Below the pieces are notes generated by a model. The model saw nothing but the letters and a program-made list of their open reading frames with translations. It did no database searches and was not told where the DNA came from. Shown here one piece after another: positions 40,694 through 49,644 of a stretch of 64,000 nt of DNA (position 1 is its first letter; each line of letters starts with the position of its first letter). Source of the DNA: Bacteroidota bacterium (GTDB taxonomy: Bacteria; Bacteroidota; Bacteroidia; Bacteroidales; UBA7960); NCBI GenBank assembly GCA_018335675.1, contig JAGXRQ010000018.1, forward strand, positions 2,608 through 66,607, in the 5' to 3' direction. The translations under genes and the position numbers were made by a program.

Positions 40694-43600
40694 TTAAATT
40701 TTTTCAATTATTTCTTCGTCAAGATATACTAAAAAAGCATCTACATTTTTATACCCCATTTGTTCTATCAAGGCTTTATACTGAAGTAATTGCTTTTTAT
40801 ACAATTCTGATCGTGAGCCTGTTTTATAATCAATAACTGCAGCATTATCACCCGAAAGAACAACTCTATCAGGTCTGAAAAAGTGTCCATTTTCATTCAT
40901 AATGTCGGCTTCATTCAAAATTTTTGAATCCCCATTATAATAATCATACAGTTCTTTAGAGTTAACAAATTTGTAAATCTTTTCCGTTAAAACAGGTTTT
41001 TCTTCTGCCACAATTTCTCCGTTTACAATCATACTACTCAGCACTTTATCAACATCCATTCTATCATAAACATTCTCCATAACTTTATGAATCAATCTAC
41101 CCCTAATCATTGCTTTTAGTTTTTCATCATTAATATCAGGAGTTTTTAAAACAGGTCGTATATATATTTTGTTTCGCCAGTCGGAGCTCAGATATTTATC
41201 AAAACTAACATTATTGTTGGCATCAGTATTTGTTTGGCCTTGCCTTTCTGGTTCAGATTCATTAGTACCAAAACCATAAGACAACACCCCATCAGCCCAC
41301 ATTTCTTTATATTCAAGGAAATTGCGGAGGTGGTATGCAACAGTTGTTCCTTGTTCCGTAAATTTTTCATTCTTGGGGTAGTTTGTCAACACAAACAGTT
41401 TTTTCTGAGGTCTTGTAAATCCTACATACACAATATTCAATAAATCAAGGAAAGTTTTTTGTTTTTCCATTAAATAGTCATCGGCCAGAGTTGTTTTTTC
41501 CAAATCCTTGGTAAAGTTAAAAAACCCGAGAGGCAGTTCAGGCAAAGAATCAATTTCAATATTATGCCAAAACCCCTCAAGTCCGGCTTTAGAAATATTC
41601 ATATTAGCAAAGGGGAACAACACAACCGGGAATTGCAGTCCTTTTGCTTTATGAATAGTCATAATTTGCACGGCGTCGATACCTTTGGGGACAACCACAG
41701 AGAGTTCGCCTCCTTTTTCATGCCACCATTGAAGAAAATCTTCAATAGAAGAAGGGTTTTTATCAGTATAATCAAAAACTGCATCCATAAAAAACGCAAC
41801 AAATGGGTCGACACCTTCTTTATCAGAGAAGAAAGATCTAACAATAACTTCGCAAACATCCCAAAGATTAAGATTTTTCATCTTAGAAAAAGAGATATCA
41901 TAGCCATTTTCTTTGAGAAGGCTTTCCAACTTAAGAATATGTCCATTATAATTTTGCTCCCTATTTAACGGAAATTCATTAATCTTACAAAGGGAGATAT
42001 GAATACTTGCTGAATTTTTGATTATACCTGATTGTGTAATATAATTAACAACTTCAACAAAAGATATTCTGTCGTACGGACGGGATAAAAGTTTTAAAAA
42101 AGAAACGAAAAAATTCACTTCTCTAGAAAAATTAAGCAGCAAAGATTCCTGAGAAATAACAGGGATATTGTTTTCGAGGAGAAATCTAGCAACAAGATTA
42201 GCATTGCTGTTGCTTCTGCAAAGAATAGTAATATCGCTAAGAGGATGCTTATACACATCTCTCAGTTCAAGAACAATTTCCAGTGTTTTATCTAAAGTGT
42301 AATCAACAAACCCTTTATCTTCTTCATCGTCAGATTCAGATGGAATAAACTCAAGATGAACAAATCCTCCGGTTTTCTTTTCCTGAAATTTCTGCTCGCA
42401 TCCTTCATAAATTTTTGCATACTCTCCTTTGAGAACGTTGCTTTGAATATAATTGAAAAAGCTGTTGTTGAATCCCACAACCTCCTCATGCGACCTATAA
42501 TTCGTATTAAGAGGTTTCAGTTCGAAATAGCTGTTAAGAGCTTTTTCCCAATGAGGTTTTGAAACAGATTTAATTTTTGGCAGGAGATTGGGAAGAATAG
42601 CAAACTGTTCAACCTCTCCACCTCTCCATCTGTAAATTGCCTGTTTACAATCGCCCACTACAAGATTCATATTACCATTTGCAAGAGCATTTTCGACTAA
42701 AGGAAGAAGGTTTTGCCACTGCAGAAGAGATGTATCCTGAAACTCATCAATCATATAATGCTGATATTTCTCGCCTAAGCGCTCATAAATAAAAGGCACA
42801 GGCTGTTGAGAAACTATTTCAGCTATCCTTTTGTTAAAATCTGAAATATGCAGAACGGCGTTGCTGCTTTTAATTTCTTCAAGTACTTTTTCAACTTCAT
42901 TTAAAACTGCAAGTGGAAAAATATTTTTATTAAGTAGTTTGAGCATTATGTATTGGCCAAAGCTCTCTTCGGCTTTATTCATTATAACAGAGTATGCATC
43001 GCTAATGATTCCTGAAACTTCAGAAATCACGTCTTTATCTGAAGGAGTGCATTTTCCAGAAAACCACTTATTGTCGGCAATTGTTTCTTTCACATAAGAA
43101 TTGGGCTCAATTTTTTCGAAAATCTTTCCACCTGCCAGATTTCGAAAATATGTTGATATACCGGTTTTACCCCTGAAGAATGCTTCGTCAGGGATATTGC
43201 GAACATCAATTTCGCGAACAACATCTTGAGCAATTTTTGCAATTTCTTGCTCAAAAGCATTTATTAAGGCAACAATATTTTTCTGTATTCTGAAAAACTC
43301 TTCAAGCGAAATCTCTTTAAGCCTTGAGATATTGTTGTCAGGGTCTTCTTTAAGAATGTTTTTAGCAAGTTTTATAATAGACTTTTCAATGGAGAGCGAC
43401 TTTTCATCATCTGTGGTTCTTTCCATATAAGCAATCATAAGCTTAGTAAAAGACCCATTATCGTCGGTTCCAACTCTACTAACAAGTATATCCACCGCCT
43501 GACTCAACAATGTTTTATCATCCATTTCGATGTCGAAATTTAGCGGAATCTGTAAGTCAAATGCAAAGGTTCTGATAACACGGTGAGTAAAACTATCGAT

Positions 43601-43975
43601 AGTGCTAACGGCAAAATCTCCATAATTGTGAATTATAAGAGATAGAACTTCAGAAGCAGAAAGAATTATTATTTGATATTTTTCTGATGAGGAAAAATTA
43701 AACTCAGATTCACTACAAATATGCGCCAAAATACTTTTAACATCCTCCGGCCAGTTCTGAATATCATTAACATTAAGCTTGGACAATTTCCCGAGAGTTT
43801 CGATAATGCGGGTTTTCATCTCTGCGGCCGCAGCATTGGTGAATGTTATTGCCAAAACACTTCTAACCTTGTTTTTGTCGTTCAGAACAATTTTAAGATA
43901 TTCCTTAACCAGGGTAAATGTTTTACCGCTTCCGGCCGATGATCTATAAACAATAAAGTTTTTTTGTGTTTCCAT
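40694..43975 (-). CDS. UvrD-like helicase fused to a C-terminal PD-(D/E)XK nuclease (AddA/RecB-like)
   Basis: 1093 aa. Walker A SSAGSGKTF, motif II MIDEFQDTS, motif III VGDCKQAIYRWRGG, motif V TIHKAKGLQFPVV, motif VI YVGFTRPQKKL, and the nuclease block FFRPDRVV...AVIDYKTG. Confidence 0.8.
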   Translation of the reverse strand: METQKNFIVYRSSAGSGKTFTLVKEYLKIVLNDKNKVRSVLAITFTNAAAAEMKTRIIETLGKLSKLNVNDIQNWPEDVKSILAHICSESEFNFSSSEKYQIIILSASEVLSLIIHNYGDFAVSTIDSFTHRVIRTFAFDLQIPLNFDIEMDDKTLLSQAVDILVSRVGTDDNGSFTKLMIAYMERTTDDEKSLSIEKSIIKLAKNILKEDPDNNISRLKEISLEEFFRIQKNIVALINAFEQEIAKIAQDVVREIDVRNIPDEAFFRGKTGISTYFRNLAGGKIFEKIEPNSYVKETIADNKWFSGKCTPSDKDVISEVSGIISDAYSVIMNKAEESFGQYIMLKLLNKNIFPLAVLNEVEKVLEEIKSSNAVLHISDFNKRIAEIVSQQPVPFIYERLGEKYQHYMIDEFQDTSLLQWQNLLPLVENALANGNMNLVVGDCKQAIYRWRGGEVEQFAILPNLLPKIKSVSKPHWEKALNSYFELKPLNTNYRSHEEVVGFNNSFFNYIQSNVLKGEYAKIYEGCEQKFQEKKTGGFVHLEFIPSESDDEEDKGFVDYTLDKTLEIVLELRDVYKHPLSDITILCRSNSNANLVARFLLENNIPVISQESLLLNFSREVNFFVSFLKLLSRPYDRISFVEVVNYITQSGIIKNSASIHISLCKINEFPLNREQNYNGHILKLESLLKENGYDISFSKMKNLNLWDVCEVIVRSFFSDKEGVDPFVAFFMDAVFDYTDKNPSSIEDFLQWWHEKGGELSVVVPKGIDAVQIMTIHKAKGLQFPVVLFPFANMNISKAGLEGFWHNIEIDSLPELPLGFFNFTKDLEKTTLADDYLMEKQKTFLDLLNIVYVGFTRPQKKLFVLTNYPKNEKFTEQGTTVAYHLRNFLEYKEMWADGVLSYGFGTNESEPERQGQTNTDANNNVSFDKYLSSDWRNKIYIRPVLKTPDINDEKLKAMIRGRLIHKVMENVYDRMDVDKVLSSMIVNGEIVAEEKPVLTEKIYKFVNSKELYDYYNGDSKILNEADIMNENGHFFRPDRVVLSGDNAAVIDYKTGSRSELYKKQLLQYKALIEQMGYKNVDAFLVYLDEEIIEKI

Positions 43976-44075
43976 GTCAGGAATTTGTAGCGAAGATATT
44001 ATTATACCATGATAAAAACAATGAAAATGAAATCAAATGTTTTTGAATTTTTGATGCAAGAACAAAGACGCACCT

Positions 44076-44113
44076 ATTCTGTAGAGACGCGAAGCATCGC
44101 GTCTCTACAGAAT
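44076..44113. repeat. Perfect 17-bp inverted repeat (hairpin) in a divergent intergenic region
   Basis: ATTCTGTAGAGACGCGA (44076-44092) and TCGCGTCTCTACAGAAT (44097-44113) around the loop AGCA. Both flanking genes point away from it, so it is not their terminator. Confidence 0.85.
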
Positions 44114-44177
44114 ATCGTTATATATTAAATGTCATTTTCAATTGAATGGCTCTTCGCTGAATGAATAGAAAAAATCG

Positions 44178-44185
44178 TATTTTTG
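44178..44185 (+). promoter_or_regulatory. Candidate -7 promoter box (TATTTTTG) for the GH13 gene
   Basis: Exact TAnnTTTG match 28 nt upstream of ATG 44213. Confidence 0.3.
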
Positions 44186-44212
44186 AAGGTTAATTATATT
44201 GAAAACATAATT

Positions 44213-46084
44213 ATGGAAAAAAGGATGAAAACGTTTTTTAATTTTTTAAAGTCGGCAGCTATTGTAGTTGCCTTATTCATTTCGCTTAATATATTGGCGC
44301 AAAAATCACCCGAAAGAGTTGAGCCTCCTTTTTGGTGGGCTGGGATGTATCATTCTGAATTACAGCTTTTGGTTTATGCAGAAGACATTGGCTCAACCAG
44401 GCTGGAGCTAACAGGAAAAGGCGTTAAAGTAAAAGAAGTTATTGCCGTTGAAAGTCCTAACTATCTGTTTGTTTATCTCGACATATCAAATGCAACTGCT
44501 GGTAAGTTTGAAATGAAGTTTTCGAAATTAAACGAAGTTGTTTATAAATGTGAATACGAATTAAAAGAAAGAGAAGAAGGCTCAGCTTACCGCTTAGGGT
44601 TTAATGCTACAGATGCAATTTATCTTTTGATGCCTGATAGGTTTTCTAATGGAGATTTATCAAATGATAATATAGATTGGATGATGGAGAAAAGTAATAG
44701 AAGCAATGCAGATGGTCGTCACGGAGGTGATATTCAGGGTATAATTAACAATTTAGACTACATTAAAGACCTTGGATTTACAGCTATTTGGCATAATCCG
44801 GTAATAGAAAACAATCAGCCCCAATATACATATCACGGATATGCCATAACAGACTTTTATAAAGTTGATGAAAGGCTTGGCACAAATGAAGATTATAAAC
44901 GCCTTGTTGCAGAGGCAGACAAAAAAGGTATTTCGATAATAAAAGATATGATTTTTAATCATTGCGGCCTTTATCATTGGTGGATGAAAGACCTTCCTAC
45001 AAATGATTGGGTTCATCAGTGGGGTGATTATACTCGCACAACATACAGAGGAACAACAATTGTGGATCCGCATGTTGCACAAGCCGACCTCGACTTAATG
45101 TTAAAAGGATGGTTTGACCGTTGGATGCCCGACTTAAATCAAAGAAACAGAATTCTGGCCAAGTATCTTATTCAGAACAGCGTCTGGTGGGTTGAATACA
45201 GCGGAATAAATGGCATAAGAATGGACACACAGCCATATCCGTATAAAGATTTCATGGCAGATTGGGCTGAATACGTAATGCTGGAATATCCAAATTTCAC
45301 AATAGTTGGAGAAGCTTGGTTGCCATACCCCTCTCTTGTTAGCTACTACCAAGGAGGCGCATTAAATTTCGACGGTTATAATTCCTATCTTCCCAGTGTT
45401 TTTGATTTCCCATTATACTATGCCATTACAGAGGCCTTTAATGAAAAAGACTCATGGGATACGGGATTAATAAAACTTTATAACTCGATTTCACAGGATT
45501 TTCTTTACCCAAACCCTTATGAATTAGTTGTATTTGGCGACAATCACGATGTAGATAGGTTGTTTACCTCTTTAAAAGAAGATCCCCGCAAGCTAAAACT
45601 AGCACTAACTTTCATTTTTACAACCAGGGGCATACCAATGATGTATAGTGGAACTGAAATTCTTATGAGTGGAATTGAGCATAAGGGACATGGTTTGATG
45701 AGAAAGGATTTTCCGGGAGGATGGCCTGCTGACCCTGTAAATGCTTTTACAAAAAAAGGAAGAAACAGTCAGCAAAACGAAATGTGGGATCATATAAGTA
45801 AATTGCTTAACTACCGAAAAGTAAAAGAAGTTTTACACTACGGTTGGCTTAAACACTTTGTGCCTCAGGAAAATATTTATGTGTACTTTAGGTATAATGA
45901 TAATGAAACTGTAATGGTTATAATTAATAGCAATGAGAAAAACATGGAGCTCGACATGACTAGATTTGCTGAAGCTACAAATGGTTTTTCAGGAGCTAAG
46001 GATATTATTACAGGTAAAACATTTGAAGGATTTAAGAAATGGAATATACCTGCAATGACACCAATGGTGTTGGAGTTGAAATAA
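44213..46084 (+). CDS. GH13 alpha-amylase-family enzyme, cyclomaltodextrinase/neopullulanase (SusA-like) type
   Basis: The track ORF begins at TTG 44183. I use ATG 44213 (44225 is also possible, giving signal peptide MKTFFNFLKSAAIVVALFISLNILAQ). It has a cyclomaltodextrinase-type N-domain (ERVEPPFWWAGM). GH13 regions I-IV are DMIFNHC, GIRMDTQPY, IVGEAW and FGDNHD. Confidence 0.85.
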   Translation: MEKRMKTFFNFLKSAAIVVALFISLNILAQKSPERVEPPFWWAGMYHSELQLLVYAEDIGSTRLELTGKGVKVKEVIAVESPNYLFVYLDISNATAGKFEMKFSKLNEVVYKCEYELKEREEGSAYRLGFNATDAIYLLMPDRFSNGDLSNDNIDWMMEKSNRSNADGRHGGDIQGIINNLDYIKDLGFTAIWHNPVIENNQPQYTYHGYAITDFYKVDERLGTNEDYKRLVAEADKKGISIIKDMIFNHCGLYHWWMKDLPTNDWVHQWGDYTRTTYRGTTIVDPHVAQADLDLMLKGWFDRWMPDLNQRNRILAKYLIQNSVWWVEYSGINGIRMDTQPYPYKDFMADWAEYVMLEYPNFTIVGEAWLPYPSLVSYYQGGALNFDGYNSYLPSVFDFPLYYAITEAFNEKDSWDTGLIKLYNSISQDFLYPNPYELVVFGDNHDVDRLFTSLKEDPRKLKLALTFIFTTRGIPMMYSGTEILMSGIEHKGHGLMRKDFPGGWPADPVNAFTKKGRNSQQNEMWDHISKLLNYRKVKEVLHYGWLKHFVPQENIYVYFRYNDNETVMVIINSNEKNMELDMTRFAEATNGFSGAKDIITGKTFEGFKKWNIPAMTPMVLELK

Positions 46085-46100
46085 TTTTCGTAAAGAGATT

Positions 46101-46826
46101 TTAATGCAGAACTTCCTCAAGAATTTTTGGGGAAACCAGCTCTTTAAAGCCTACAACATGAAGACGATAAAACTCAATCAATTTGTTTAAAAGCATTTTT
46201 CTTTGAGCGCTTGGATGTTTTAGGAGAGCAGCATCATCAAGCTTTGTGTTTTGCAAAAGATTAAATGAATTGCTTTCTTCAGGAATTAAGCAATATGCTC
46301 CAACATAAGAATTATGTTGGTAAACACCCTCTTTAAGGTCGAATCGATTATGGTTTTCATCATAATTATCTCTTGGATAAAACCCTAGGTATGCACTCAA
46401 TTCCATCATAAAAACAAGATGAAAGCCAGAAGGCGTTTCAATAGCATTATCTAATTGCTTGATGCTTTTAATAAGAAACTTAAACAATTCAGGATTCTTT
46501 TCCTGTTCTTTGAGGCAACCCTTTAAAACTTCTGCTATAAAAAGTGCAATAGAAGATTTGATAATGTTGAATGGAATGCCTGAGTGCTGGTTGACGAGTC
46601 TAATCTCTCTCAAATTTTGGAGGTTTCCGGTATTTTTATAATTGAAAACGACTTCAATAATATTTAAAGGCTGGAATATATTATGTTTTCGAGATGAACG
46701 ATTTTTCCCGGCTCCGTGAACGATAAAAGACAACAGACCAAATTCTTCAGTATAGATACGAGAAATAAGACCACTTTCGCCGTATCTGAAACTATGAATA
46801 ACAATGCCACCGGTTTTGTGCAACAT
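46101..46826 (-). CDS. recO: DNA repair protein RecO
   Basis: 241 aa. OB-fold N-terminus (GIVIHSFRYGESGLISRIYTEEFG) and length typical of Bacteroidetes RecO. Confidence 0.8.
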   Translation of the reverse strand: MLHKTGGIVIHSFRYGESGLISRIYTEEFGLLSFIVHGAGKNRSSRKHNIFQPLNIIEVVFNYKNTGNLQNLREIRLVNQHSGIPFNIIKSSIALFIAEVLKGCLKEQEKNPELFKFLIKSIKQLDNAIETPSGFHLVFMMELSAYLGFYPRDNYDENHNRFDLKEGVYQHNSYVGAYCLIPEESNSFNLLQNTKLDDAALLKHPSAQRKMLLNKLIEFYRLHVVGFKELVSPKILEEVLH

Positions 46827-46837
46827 TGAAAAATGAT

Positions 46838-49174
46838 TTATCTAAAAAATAATATTTTGGTTACAGCAGTATCGCTACCTTCTTCATTTGTAGAAAAGAC
46901 GACATAAATACCGCTTGCAGGCAAATTCCCATTAAGGTCTCTCCCATTCCAGATTGCTTGTCCGCCTTGCGCTCTGGTTTCAAAAACAAGATTACCATTC
47001 ACGTCGGTAATTTTTATGAATGCATTGTTTGCCAATCCTTTGATTGCAATGTATCCTTCGTATCCGGGTTTAACAGGATTTGGATAAGCAAAAACATTCT
47101 GATGGGTGCTACCGCCTGCGGTAACGTAATTTCTGAAAGAAACCAAGCCTTTATCGGTTGCAAAAAAAACCTCACCGGATTCAGGTTCAATAGCTATGTC
47201 GAGAATATTATTTGAAGGCAGCGGACTGTTGTCGGTAGTAAAATGCAGGTATGTATTTCGAGCATCGGGGGTCATAAAAAAAGCACCCGATCTGCTGGTC
47301 CCAAACCATTTATTATTTCCACCATCAACGGCAATTGCATTTACCTGGTCGTTTTCCAGAAGCAATCCCGCAAACCCGTCCTGCACCACAATAGGAAGTT
47401 GAGCATCAAAAGCACCATCTGTAAATGCATTAGCAGTATTATAAAAAACTGCAACACCTTTTTGAGTTCCAGCCCACATATAGCCGCTTTTGTCGAGCGC
47501 AAGAGAAAACACATAATTGCTTGGCAGGGCGCCGTTTCCTGATTGAGTATTAACCCTTCTTACATTAAAATCACTGGCATTATCAAGGGTATTCTCTTTA
47601 AGGACCAGCAAGCCGCCACCGAATAGAATAACCCATTTTTGATTCTGATTATCTATTGCAATATTTCCAACTATTTGGCTCGACGAAACAAGACCTTTAG
47701 TATCGAATGCAAGCCATTGATTATTGTTTTTCAGAACAGATATAGGCTTTTCAACTTCAGAGTTTGTTACCCATAAATTTCTACTGCTGTCGAAAGCAGT
47801 GCCACCTACCCTGATTATATCATTAATGCCTGTTCGTTTGCGAAGAGTAGAATTTGTCTCGTCATAAAGGGTAAAGTCTCTATCAGTAGTGAGCCTGAAA
47901 ACACCTTTAGTCCATGTGGAGAAATAAGCTTGTTTATTATTACCAGGGTCGGGAGTTGCTCTGATAATATCAAAGATACCTTCCATTTGAGGGATGTTAA
48001 AACGATTTGCCGAACTCCATCTATCGTTTACAAAAAACATTGCACCACTGTAGTTAAAAGCATTAAATCCACCATCGAAATATGCACCCGGAGCCAGCCA
48101 AACCACACCCGGAGCTGCTCCAATGCCGAAAGAAGATGCTATAGGAGGCGCATCAGGTTTATAGTTTAAATATTGTCCGTTAGTATTTCTTCTGACCATT
48201 CCCAACAATCCATCTGCAATCCAAAGAACTCCATCTTTGTCGAAAAGAGCCATATTAGGCTTGGCATTATTATTAAGGTATTGCTCAATACTTTCGGTAA
48301 ACTCAAGATCTTCATTAAAAAAGTCGAGACTAGACGGAGTTGCAACCCATAATTTATTACCACTGAATCCAACTCCATTTTTTGGGCCAAGATAACTCTT
48401 AAAAACTAAACTTGTTGGCATAAATGGCTTCCATACTTCATCCTCAAGATAAAATATTTGATCAATTTCACCGGATTTGTTCCAAACAAATAGCTTATCA
48501 AAAGCCACAAAAACGGCTTTATAATCTCCACCAACAACGGGTTGGTCTTCAACTAGGCTCCAGGAATTAAAATCCGAAAGATTGGGAGAATTAACATCAG
48601 CCATAAGAAGCCCTTGTCGAGTTGCGGCATAAAAGATATCTTCGTGGATAAGCAAGTCATTTACCTTTAAAATACCTGCATTATCACCAATAAAGAATGT
48701 ATTAAAAATAACCAGATGTTGGATATTTAGTTGAACAATACCAAAGTCTGCTGCAACATAAATATCGCCGTCATATGCCAATGAAGCATTAATAGTTTTG
48801 CTGCCAAGAATAGTTGAAGTGTTTTTAATATCAGGCACATTATATACTATGCCATTACGAATAACATCGATATTTCCGTTGCTATAACCAATAAACAACA
48901 AATCATAGTCAGAAAAATAGTTTAGCTCGGTAATACCAAAGTCCGACAGACCATGAACTTTGTTGAATTTGGATATTGCGTTATCTTTTCGGTTATAAAC
49001 AATAAGACCATATTCAGTAGCACCAACAACTTCATCTTTTACATCAGCTATTTTAATAACATTTCCTGTAGGCAAATGATGCCTCCACGCACCAATAGGT
49101 ATGCCCTGAGCGATGGTTTCAGAGCTAAAAAGCAGAGATAAAACTATAAGGAAAAAAGCTGCAAAGCGTATCAT
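46838..49174 (-). CDS. Two-propeller (Reg_prop repeat) protein with T9SS C-terminal sorting domain; candidate PorZ
   Basis: 778 aa with a signal peptide. Repeated Reg_prop-like blocks: LWIADGLLGMV, MWAGTQKGVAVF, KWFGTSRSGAFF and VFFATDKGLVSF. The CTD is AYPNPVKPGYEGYIAIKGL...GIYVVFSTNEEGSDTAVTKILFFR. The size and architecture match what I recall for P. gingivalis PorZ. Confidence 0.55.
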   Translation of the reverse strand: MIRFAAFFLIVLSLLFSSETIAQGIPIGAWRHHLPTGNVIKIADVKDEVVGATEYGLIVYNRKDNAISKFNKVHGLSDFGITELNYFSDYDLLFIGYSNGNIDVIRNGIVYNVPDIKNTSTILGSKTINASLAYDGDIYVAADFGIVQLNIQHLVIFNTFFIGDNAGILKVNDLLIHEDIFYAATRQGLLMADVNSPNLSDFNSWSLVEDQPVVGGDYKAVFVAFDKLFVWNKSGEIDQIFYLEDEVWKPFMPTSLVFKSYLGPKNGVGFSGNKLWVATPSSLDFFNEDLEFTESIEQYLNNNAKPNMALFDKDGVLWIADGLLGMVRRNTNGQYLNYKPDAPPIASSFGIGAAPGVVWLAPGAYFDGGFNAFNYSGAMFFVNDRWSSANRFNIPQMEGIFDIIRATPDPGNNKQAYFSTWTKGVFRLTTDRDFTLYDETNSTLRKRTGINDIIRVGGTAFDSSRNLWVTNSEVEKPISVLKNNNQWLAFDTKGLVSSSQIVGNIAIDNQNQKWVILFGGGLLVLKENTLDNASDFNVRRVNTQSGNGALPSNYVFSLALDKSGYMWAGTQKGVAVFYNTANAFTDGAFDAQLPIVVQDGFAGLLLENDQVNAIAVDGGNNKWFGTSRSGAFFMTPDARNTYLHFTTDNSPLPSNNILDIAIEPESGEVFFATDKGLVSFRNYVTAGGSTHQNVFAYPNPVKPGYEGYIAIKGLANNAFIKITDVNGNLVFETRAQGGQAIWNGRDLNGNLPASGIYVVFSTNEEGSDTAVTKILFFR

Positions 49175-49190
49175 AAGGATAAATTATTTA

Positions 49191-49198
49191 CAAATCTA
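49191..49198 (-). promoter_or_regulatory. Candidate -7 promoter box (TAGATTTG on the minus strand) for the PorZ-like gene
   Basis: Plus-strand CAAATCTA equals minus-strand TAGATTTG, an exact TAnnTTTG match 17 nt upstream of the ATG at 49174. Confidence 0.3.
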
Positions 49199-49644
49199 CG
49201 CACTTTTAGCGTAATGATAAAATCTACGTTTTTTAAACGTGAAAAATGCTTTAAAATTATAATTGTACAATCGGAGGTTTTGGGGTTTGCGTTTTAGGCT
49301 CTGGTGCAGAGCACCGATAACAATTTTTCCATTAAAAACTCATACTTACCTTGCTCTTGTTAGTCCTATAAAATTATTTTCACATGATATGTTTTTGTAA
49401 ATAAATATTATTTATCTTTAGGGAGCCAAAACAAAAACATCACTAACCAAAACCAACCGCCTATGAGAAAATACTGACCAAGATTTATCTTTCACTGACA
49501 AAAATAACTCCTGATTTCTTTTGTTTTCAGGGTGATTGTTCATCCTCAATAGCGCTTTTTTCTTAATAAAACCTATGCTTCGGTAAGCCTGTGCTTATAT
49601 CTATGATTAAATACACCTTTTACTAATCAAAATTCTTTTATGAA

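Noticed and set aside
44009-44128. 39-codon ORF (MIKTMKMKSNVFEFLMQEQRRTYSVETRSIASLQNIVIY) in the divergent intergenic region.
   Set aside because: It reads straight through the perfect 17-bp palindrome, so its middle is dictated by the hairpin sequence. It has no other coding signal and is most likely spurious.
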